From an uncultured Gammaproteobacteria bacterium (GTDB taxonomy: Bacteria > Pseudomonadota > Gammaproteobacteria > UBA6002): a DNA stretch of 64,000 nucleotides. Shown piece by piece: positions 53,747 to 61,265 of this stretch. Made by a program: the position numbers and the translations under genes. Each line of letters opens with the position of its first letter. The first letter of the stretch is position 1. The notes beneath the pieces were generated by a model that saw only the letters and a program-made list of their open reading frames with translations, searched no databases and was not told the DNA's origin. The stretch is taken from assembly GCA_963705725.1 (NCBI GenBank), contig CAVPKM010000009.1, positions 1 to 64,000 on the forward strand, in the 5' to 3' direction.

Positions 53747-53921
53747 TAACTGCTCACGAGGTAAGAGTCTGTTCAACGCACAAACCTCCATATTTGAGCC
53801 TTATTTGAATGAAAAATTCGTTGAAAAAGCGCAGCATATATAAATATGTGAGCAATTTTCAGCGGGTTTTTCGTTCAAAGATGGCCAAATATGGAAGTTT
53901 CCTTCCTGGGGCGAGTAGTGA
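53747..53921. mobile_element. RPE-like palindromic element, copy 2
   Basis: Similar to 48960-49130: taactg start, aaaaagcgcagcata..tatgtgagca core, gttcaaagatggccaaatatgga. Confidence 0.65.
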
Positions 53922-53935
53922 CTATTCAACTTTCA

Positions 53936-54940
53936 TTACCCTTGCAACCAGTAGGCAACTTCTTTCGCATAATAGGTAATTATAAAGTCAGCGCCCGCTC
54001 GTTTAATCCCCGTTAAAATCTCTAACGCAACTTGTTTCTCATTGATCCAGCCATTCATTGCAGCCGCTTTAATCATGGCAAATTCTCCACTAACATGATA
54101 GGCACCAAGTGGCACATGAGAAAAAAGATTTTTAATTTGATAAATGACGTCTAAATATGCATGAGCAGGCTTAACCATTATCATATCTGCCCCCTCTTGT
54201 AGATCCAGTTCCACCTCTCTGATTGCTTCTCTGCCATTAGCCGGATCCATTTGATAAGTCCGACGACTACCAAATTGCGGTGCGCCTTCTGCTGCTTCTC
54301 GAAAAGGACCATAAAGCGAAGAACAGTATTTAACCGCATAACTTAATATTGGAAGATATTCATAACCTGCTTGATCGAGCAAAAGGCGGACCGCTTGCAC
54401 CATACCATCAATATTTCCGCTTGGCGCAATAACATCTACCCCTGCTTCAGCAAGGCTTACAGCCTGTTTTGCTAAATTAACCAAGGTCGCGTCGTTATCC
54501 ACATCAAGTTGACCGGTTCTATCTGAAAGCACGCCACAATGACCATGATCTGTATATTCGCAAAAACAAAGGTCGGCTATGACTAATAACTCAGGTGCTA
54601 TATCCTTAATCGTGCTGACGGCAGTTTGGATAATTCCTTGAGCATCCATTGCCGTCTTACCTTCTGGATCTTTATATTCGGGGATTCCAAATAAAATCAC
54701 TCCCGGCAAATTAAGATCTTGAATTTCTTTTATTTCTTCAGAGAGACAATCTATTGTCATTTGAAAATGTCCCGGCATGGATAGTATGGGTTTCTTTATC
54801 CCTTCTCCATATCGAACAAACAAAGGCAAAATCAAATCATTCAATTGCAAATTTGTTTCACGAATTAAATCCTGTAACTTTGCTTGAGAGCGCAATCTTC
54901 TCATTCTAAGCGCTGGATAATGCCCTGTTTTTCCTATCAT
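53936..54940 (-). CDS. hemB: Porphobilinogen synthase
   Basis: RMRRLR, DLCFCEYTDHGHCG, YGPFREA, MVKPA, AYHVSGE. Confidence 0.97.
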   Translation of the reverse strand: MIGKTGHYPALRMRRLRSQAKLQDLIRETNLQLNDLILPLFVRYGEGIKKPILSMPGHFQMTIDCLSEEIKEIQDLNLPGVILFGIPEYKDPEGKTAMDAQGIIQTAVSTIKDIAPELLVIADLCFCEYTDHGHCGVLSDRTGQLDVDNDATLVNLAKQAVSLAEAGVDVIAPSGNIDGMVQAVRLLLDQAGYEYLPILSYAVKYCSSLYGPFREAAEGAPQFGSRRTYQMDPANGREAIREVELDLQEGADMIMVKPAHAYLDVIYQIKNLFSHVPLGAYHVSGEFAMIKAAAMNGWINEKQVALEILTGIKRAGADFIITYYAKEVAYWLQG

Positions 54941-55011
54941 TTTAATCTCCAATACTGGAAAGTTATCTTTAAATCGTTATAATCCCCATAATCGGGTAGA
55001 AGGAGAATAAA

Positions 55012-55503
55012 ATGGATCGTTTTGCAATCGTACTTAATAAATATAATGAATCTCATCTACACCCAATCAACAAAATGCTCCACTTTATCAGCACACCGTT
55101 TTTATTATTCGCGACATTAATTTTTTTTAGCTGGATCCATATTAGCATGCCGGGCTTTTTTGATATTCATACTTCTTGGTTATTTTTCGCCGGTCTGATT
55201 TTTTATTATACCAAGTTTGATACGCAATTAGCGTGCCTATTTAGCGCAATCTTATTACCCTTAATTCTAGTCGCCAATTTTTTTTCAAGCTATTGGCTGT
55301 CATTCCCTGTATTTTTCATACTTTTTGTAAGCAGCGCATTACTCCAACTTTTAGGACATTTTATTGAAGGCGAACAACCTGCTACTGTTGATCATCCCAA
55401 ACTAATTTTCACCCTTCCCTTAATCATGATGGCTGAAATATTATGTAATTATGGTTATCGCCAAGACCTTTTAGATAAGCCTGGCAATTCTTCTTCCCTG
55501 TGA
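55012..55503 (+). CDS. Mpo1/DUF962-like membrane protein
   Basis: YNESHLHPINKMLH, QLLGHFIEG.QP; TM helices. Confidence 0.8.
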   Translation: MDRFAIVLNKYNESHLHPINKMLHFISTPFLLFATLIFFSWIHISMPGFFDIHTSWLFFAGLIFYYTKFDTQLACLFSAILLPLILVANFFSSYWLSFPVFFILFVSSALLQLLGHFIEGEQPATVDHPKLIFTLPLIMMAEILCNYGYRQDLLDKPGNSSSL

Positions 55504-55740
55504 CCTTAACAACTTAGCAGTAGGCATCAAAATTTCTTGCATACCTGCCGGTTATAGGCTAGTATGTTACGTGATCATTGGCGAATTGTCCCACTTAATT
55601 GGTCTTTTCAGCTCTTTAATGAACATTCCCAATGAGAAATTGTAATTGTTCTGCTTCCAGCAAGCATTCAGGTTGTATAGCTAAGCTTTCAACCTGCACT
55701 GAATGGTTACGAGCATTTTTTATTAGTATCAGGAGCCCAT

Positions 55741-56013
55741 ATGTCTCACACAACAATCTTTGTAAGCAACCTTGCTTACGGCTTAGACACCAAAGACCTT
55801 ATCTCTGCTTTTTCTGCTTACGGTGAAATCACTGAAGCAAAAATCATCAAAGACCGCGAGTCTGGCCGCTCTAAAGGTTTTGGTTTTGTAACCTTTATCA
55901 CTCCAGATCAAGCTAAAGAAGCGCTTAATATGAATGGTAAAGAATTACATGGAAGAACAGTTCGAGTTAATTTTGCTCGCAAGCAAACCCAACGAGAAGA
56001 CCGAGACGATTAA
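55741..56013 (+). CDS. Single-RRM RNA-binding protein
   Basis: RNP2 IFVSNL, RNP1 KGFGFVTF. Confidence 0.93.
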   Translation: MSHTTIFVSNLAYGLDTKDLISAFSAYGEITEAKIIKDRESGRSKGFGFVTFITPDQAKEALNMNGKELHGRTVRVNFARKQTQREDRDD

Positions 56014-56018
56014 TCGTC

Positions 56019-56048
56019 AAAACCTCCTCCATTGGAGGAGGTTTTTTT
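56019..56048 (+). terminator. Rho-independent terminator, possibly bidirectional
   Basis: aaaacctcctcca-t-tggaggaggttttttt. Confidence 0.85.
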
Positions 56049-56124
56049 CCTTTCCTTTTCCCACTCAATCAATCCAACTCACATCTCAATACAAATCCGA
56101 TCTCAAGGCCCATTGGCCCACATC

Positions 56125-59100
56125 CTAACTCAACCATTTATATGCATTATGAAACAGCTGAAACCAAGGTGAGTTTTCATTCTTCCAATCAGCTGGCTTC
56201 CAAGAAAATTGCACATTACGAAAGACTCTTTCTGCATGTGGCATCATAATGGTAAATCGTCCGTCCTTACTTGTCACCGATGCTATTCCTTTTGGACTGC
56301 CATTTGGATTTTCCGGATAATTTTCTGTCACATGGTGATAATGATCTACATATTGCATCGGAATAAGTTTTTCTTCTATCGCGATTACCGCTGTTTCTTC
56401 ATCCCTAAAAGCGACCCTACCCTCCCCATGTGATACCACAATGGGCAATACCGCTTCTTCCATGCCTTGAAAAAATAAGGAGGGAGAAGCGTTAATTTTA
56501 ACGAGTGATAACCTTGCCTCAAATTGTTCAGAAAAATTTCGTTCAAATTGAGGCCAGTGGCTTGCACCAGGAATCAGTTCTTTGAGATGCGACAACATTT
56601 GACAGCCATTACAAACCCCCAATACAAAGACATTGGGTTCATTAAAAAATCTTTCAAACACCGTCCTTGCTTTTTCATTATATAAAATGGAATTTGCCCA
56701 CCCTCTTCCTGCTCCTAATACATCACCATAGGAAAATCCTCCACAAGCCACCAACCCTTGAAAATTTTTTAAATCGGTTTGCCCTGAAAGAATATCTGTC
56801 ATATGAACATCAATCGGTGAAAAACCCGCGCGCAGGAAGGCTGCCGCCATTTCCTGATGACCATTCACACCCTGTTCTCGCAAGATTGCAACTTGAGGTT
56901 TAGTGCTGAGGATAACAGGTGGGGAGTCATAAAATGTAAAAGTTAAATTAGCATTTAATCCAGGATCTTTATCATCGAGCAATTTATCATATTCTTGAAG
57001 GGCGCAATCGGGATTATCTCGTAGTGCTTGAAGGTGATAACTTGTCTTTGACCAACATCGATTAAGAGAAATACGACTTGATCGATAGAGACATTCCTCC
57101 CCTTTTTGAATAACCAGCGCATCTTCTTTATTCAAGCAGCCAATAACAACTGAGGCTTCCTTTAAATGATACCGCTCCAAACAACGAGTGATGCGATCCT
57201 TATCCTGTAAACGATACTGAATGACTGCACCTAATTCTTCATTAAACAGCAAGGGGATGATGGCCTCACCGCAATCCAGATTCAGGGTCACACCTAAATG
57301 AGAGGCAAACATCATCTCACAAACCGTTGCAAGAAGACCTCCATCAGATCGATCATGGTAGGCTAAAATTAAGTTTTTTTGGCGCAACTCTGTCATTGCA
57401 TTGAAGAAATTAATAAGTAATTCTGGCGAATCTAGGTTAGGCACCTCCCGCCCTAATTGATTTAACACTTCCGCCAAGCAGGAAGCACCAAGCCGATTTT
57501 TATGAAATCCTAAATCAATTAATAGTAATTCCGTTTCGAAATTTTTCTCAAAAAGTGGAGTTAGCGTTTTCCGAATATCTTTTACCGGTGCAAAAGCAGA
57601 AATAACTAAGGATAACGGGGCTGCGACATCAACATGAGTTTGATCTTGCTGCCATTTCATTTGCATTGATAAAGAATCTTTCCCCACTGGAATACAAATA
57701 CCTAAAGCTGGACAAAGTCGCTCACCAATTTCGCGCACTGCTTGATAAAGATTCTCCACTTCTTCTTCTTCACCAAAAGCTGCCATCCAGTTTGCGGATA
57801 ATTTGATATCTTCGAGCATCGCAATATCTGCTGCCACAATATTGGTGATAGCTTCACCCACGGCCATCGCAGCTGATGCCCGCGCATCGATTAAAGCAAG
57901 CGGAGGTCGCTCCCCCATTGCCATTGCTTCGCCGCGATAACTGGAATAACCATTTGCTGTCACCGCCACATCAGAAACCGGCACTTGCCACGGCCCAATC
58001 ATTTGATCACGCGCTACCAGACCAGTTACACTTCGGTCACCAATTGTAATGAGAAAATGCTTATCAGCTACAGTAGGATGCTGCAACACACGTGCGATTA
58101 ATTCTCCAAGCGCTTCTGTGATTTCTAAATCCTTTCCTGCAAGGGTTTTGAATTCATCAATCTCACAATGGAGTTTTGAACCTTCACCAAACAATAAATT
58201 GAGCGGCATATCTACAGGGGATTCCTTAATTCGCGAATCATATACAGCAATATAATCCTCATTAGTTGCTACCCCTACTACTGCGTATGGACATCTTTCT
58301 CTTGCGGCAATTTTTTCAAACAAAGGCAAATGCTGCTCATCAATGGCTAAAACATAGCGCTCTTGCGCTTCGTTACACCAAATTTCCATTGCATTTAGAC
58401 TGGCATCGGCCGTGGGAATAGCATGCAGATCAATACTCGCGCCTTTTTTTGCATCATGGACTAATTCGGATAAAGCATTGGACAATCCCCCCGCTCCTAC
58501 ATCATGGATAGAAATAATGGGATTATTTTTGCCTAGCGATAAACAATGGGTAATCACTTCTTGGCAGCGACGCTGCATCTCTGGGTTACTTCGTTGCACA
58601 GAGGCATAATCTAATTCTTCCTTGCTTGCCCCTGAATAGATGGATGAAGCTGCCCCTCCACCTAATCCAATTAGCATGGCTGGACCCCCGAGTACAATTA
58701 ACCGTGCACCACTTGGTATTGGATATTTCTTAACTGCCATCGGCCTGATTTGTCCCAACCCTCCAGCAATCATGATAGGTTTATGATAACCGCGAATTTT
58801 TATGTTTTTTTCATTTTGAGACGCTAACATCTCAAAAGTTCGAAAATATCCGCAAAGATTGGGACGACCAAATTCGTTATTAAATGAAGCAGCACCAATT
58901 GGCCCTTGGAGCATGATTTCTAAAGCACTCGCCACATGGGATGGGTAACCGATATATTGCTCCCAAGGCTTTGGATGACCCGGGATATGTAAATTAGAAA
59001 CAGAAAATCCAACTAGTCCTGCCTTTGGTCTCCCCCCGATTCCGGTTGCCCCTTCATCTCGAATTTCTCCGCCTGCACCTGTGGCTGCACCTTCAAAAGG

Positions 59101-60000
59101 CGAAATTGCAGTAGGATGATTATGTGTTTCAACTTTAATGACAATATGAGCCAGCTCTTCTTGAAAGGAGTAAGCATGATTGATCGGATCAACCATCAGC
59201 TGATCGGCAATGGATCCCTCAATAATTGCGCCATTATCTTGATAGGCAGAAAGTACATGACGACTTTGGGAAGCATAAGTATTTTTAATCCAGTCAAATA
59301 AGCTTTTTTCTTGGTCCTTTCCTGCTATTGTCCATTTTGCATTGAAAATTTTATGTCGACAGTGTTCTGAATTAATTTGCGCAAACATCATGAGCTCGGC
59401 ATCACTTGGATCACGGTTTAACACTTGATATTGCTTGAAAAGATAATCGATTTCTTTTTCAGATAAGGCTAATCCTAAAGTTTTATTCGCGGTGACAAGT
59501 GCATTTCTCCCGTTCTGTCTAAATGGGACAAATTGGCTAGGCTTAGCATCATGCTGGGTAAAAAATTTGGCTAACGCTTCTGTTGAGAGCACGCAGGTTT
59601 CTGTCATCCGATCATGGATTAAAGGCAAAATGGCAGACCACTGTACTTCTTGAGAGGACGCGGTTATCAGTTCATAAACTAGCGCTTTTTCAATACGTGA
59701 GACAGCTGCTAACCCACAAACATGAAGAATATCTGTTGCTTTTGAAGACCAAGGAGACTCTGTACTAAAACGAGGTGCAATGATCACATAGGGATTTTTA
59801 GGCGCCTGCCAGGGCTTTGCTGTTTTGTCGATAATATTTATCAAACGCAACATTTCTTCTTGCGACAATTCTTCCGCCTGCAGCAAATAAAGGGTACTGA
59901 TAACAACTTGGCGTACTGCTGGTTGCGCTTGGCGTAGAGTTGATCTTCGTTTTTCCAAACGAAATGCAGAAAATGGACACTTGCCTTGAAAAATTTGCAT
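56125..60000 (-). CDS. purL: Phosphoribosylformylglycinamidine synthase, large type
   Basis: NSEHCRHKIF, KVETHNHPT, GVCNGCQ, MMPHAER. Confidence 0.97.
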   Translation of the reverse strand: MQIFQGKCPFSAFRLEKRRSTLRQAQPAVRQVVISTLYLLQAEELSQEEMLRLINIIDKTAKPWQAPKNPYVIIAPRFSTESPWSSKATDILHVCGLAAVSRIEKALVYELITASSQEVQWSAILPLIHDRMTETCVLSTEALAKFFTQHDAKPSQFVPFRQNGRNALVTANKTLGLALSEKEIDYLFKQYQVLNRDPSDAELMMFAQINSEHCRHKIFNAKWTIAGKDQEKSLFDWIKNTYASQSRHVLSAYQDNGAIIEGSIADQLMVDPINHAYSFQEELAHIVIKVETHNHPTAISPFEGAATGAGGEIRDEGATGIGGRPKAGLVGFSVSNLHIPGHPKPWEQYIGYPSHVASALEIMLQGPIGAASFNNEFGRPNLCGYFRTFEMLASQNEKNIKIRGYHKPIMIAGGLGQIRPMAVKKYPIPSGARLIVLGGPAMLIGLGGGAASSIYSGASKEELDYASVQRSNPEMQRRCQEVITHCLSLGKNNPIISIHDVGAGGLSNALSELVHDAKKGASIDLHAIPTADASLNAMEIWCNEAQERYVLAIDEQHLPLFEKIAARERCPYAVVGVATNEDYIAVYDSRIKESPVDMPLNLLFGEGSKLHCEIDEFKTLAGKDLEITEALGELIARVLQHPTVADKHFLITIGDRSVTGLVARDQMIGPWQVPVSDVAVTANGYSSYRGEAMAMGERPPLALIDARASAAMAVGEAITNIVAADIAMLEDIKLSANWMAAFGEEEEVENLYQAVREIGERLCPALGICIPVGKDSLSMQMKWQQDQTHVDVAAPLSLVISAFAPVKDIRKTLTPLFEKNFETELLLIDLGFHKNRLGASCLAEVLNQLGREVPNLDSPELLINFFNAMTELRQKNLILAYHDRSDGGLLATVCEMMFASHLGVTLNLDCGEAIIPLLFNEELGAVIQYRLQDKDRITRCLERYHLKEASVVIGCLNKEDALVIQKGEECLYRSSRISLNRCWSKTSYHLQALRDNPDCALQEYDKLLDDKDPGLNANLTFTFYDSPPVILSTKPQVAILREQGVNGHQEMAAAFLRAGFSPIDVHMTDILSGQTDLKNFQGLVACGGFSYGDVLGAGRGWANSILYNEKARTVFERFFNEPNVFVLGVCNGCQMLSHLKELIPGASHWPQFERNFSEQFEARLSLVKINASPSLFFQGMEEAVLPIVVSHGEGRVAFRDEETAVIAIEEKLIPMQYVDHYHHVTENYPENPNGSPKGIASVTSKDGRFTIMMPHAERVFRNVQFSWKPADWKNENSPWFQLFHNAYKWLS

Positions 60001-60139
60001 TAATTTATACCATGGATCGTTATTGACAGCTCATTATATAGTCGCATTCATTTAAAGCTAAAGGGTCAAATGCGGAATATTTACCATTCTGCTACTATAC
60101 TCTTCGTTACCCCTACCCACACAACTTCAGGGATGAATC

Positions 60140-60676
60140 ATGAATTCGATGCACCAGTCTCGCAAAAATTGGCAATGGCGAATTATTACCTGGTCTACCC
60201 TTTTCTTAATTTTTGGCAAAAGCTTTGGGCATTGGTGCTATCAGGCACTGGCTATCGATCAAGCCTACCACTCTGCTAGCGCCATGGCGACAAAAATGGG
60301 GGTCATAGAGGTTTTAGATCAAAGTCCAGTCGCCTTGACCTTGCCTACCATAATTGAAGTCAGAAATGACACGCCTAACGAATACAAAATTGAAAATACT
60401 GCCACTTCGGGCAAGCTGGATTTTCAAGGCACAACTTTTAATGCAGGAGAAACAAAACGATTTATTATTCAATCTTTAAACACTGAGCAGAATTTAGGAA
60501 CCGGTGAAATTATTTTTTTATCCGCGCCATTAGTTGGCTCAAATAATACAACTTGTCAAGAAATCCACACATTAAAATATGACTTTCGAGAAGCAAATTC
60601 TACAAAAAGGCCCTTACAGCTTAATCTTTCTTCAATTACTTCGAAACTAGATTGTCACAGTAATGCGCTTAATTAA
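60140..60676 (+). CDS. Hypothetical protein with an N-terminal signal or TM segment
   Basis: Hydrophobic N-terminus, beta-strand-rich remainder, two Cys near the C-terminus. Confidence 0.5.
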   Translation: MNSMHQSRKNWQWRIITWSTLFLIFGKSFGHWCYQALAIDQAYHSASAMATKMGVIEVLDQSPVALTLPTIIEVRNDTPNEYKIENTATSGKLDFQGTTFNAGETKRFIIQSLNTEQNLGTGEIIFLSAPLVGSNNTTCQEIHTLKYDFREANSTKRPLQLNLSSITSKLDCHSNALN

Positions 60677-60844
60677 TCTCTGCACATGAAAAAAACCGGT
60701 CGAATAAATGCTGGTTGAAAATTTGGGTGTTTGTCAGATTAGTTACGTTTAAATTAAAAATGAGTATTTTTACCTTGCTTGACAAGATTTGACCGTTTAC
60801 TAGTATTAAAAGGAATGAATTTAAAAAAACATTTGGAGACGAGA

Positions 60845-61063
60845 ATGGATAAATCTAAAAGAATTGAGTTTCATAAAAAAGTAGCAGAGAATTTAAAAAG
60901 GGCTGCAGAGTGCCATGAAAAGGCTGCAAAACTTGTTGAAAATGATGACTATGAAAAAGCAGGACATGCATCTTTTTGCGCCTTCGGCTGTTTACTCAAA
61001 GCTAAAGAGCTAATTAAAGAGGCTGCGATACAAGTTTCAGAAGAACATTGCAAAAAACAGTAA
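60845..61063 (+). CDS. Small helical His/Cys-containing protein
   Basis: GGAG RBS; HKKVAE...CHEKAAK...EKAGH resembles small His-rich helical bundles. Confidence 0.55.
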   Translation: MDKSKRIEFHKKVAENLKRAAECHEKAAKLVENDDYEKAGHASFCAFGCLLKAKELIKEAAIQVSEEHCKKQ

Positions 61064-61202
61064 TCTTTATGCCTCATCTTTAAAATCTCTAGGTTACTGG
61101 TGAGGCAATCGCATGAAATCTTTAGACCAAAAATTAGTCGGTCGAAGTTTTTTTCAAATTGACATCTTCAATCCTGAATGGTTACTAAAATTCTTAGGCA
61201 GA

Positions 61203-61235
61203 ATTAATATTTGCTTAATTATTCTCTTTTATATT
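61203..61235 (+). promoter_or_regulatory. PmrA-like box plus -10 element
   Basis: ATTAATATT-tg-CTTAATTAT-N7-TATATT; box ends ~44 nt upstream of ATG 61266. Confidence 0.65.
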
Positions 61236-61265
61236 CTTTCATAATATAACTGAAGGATTGCAAAC

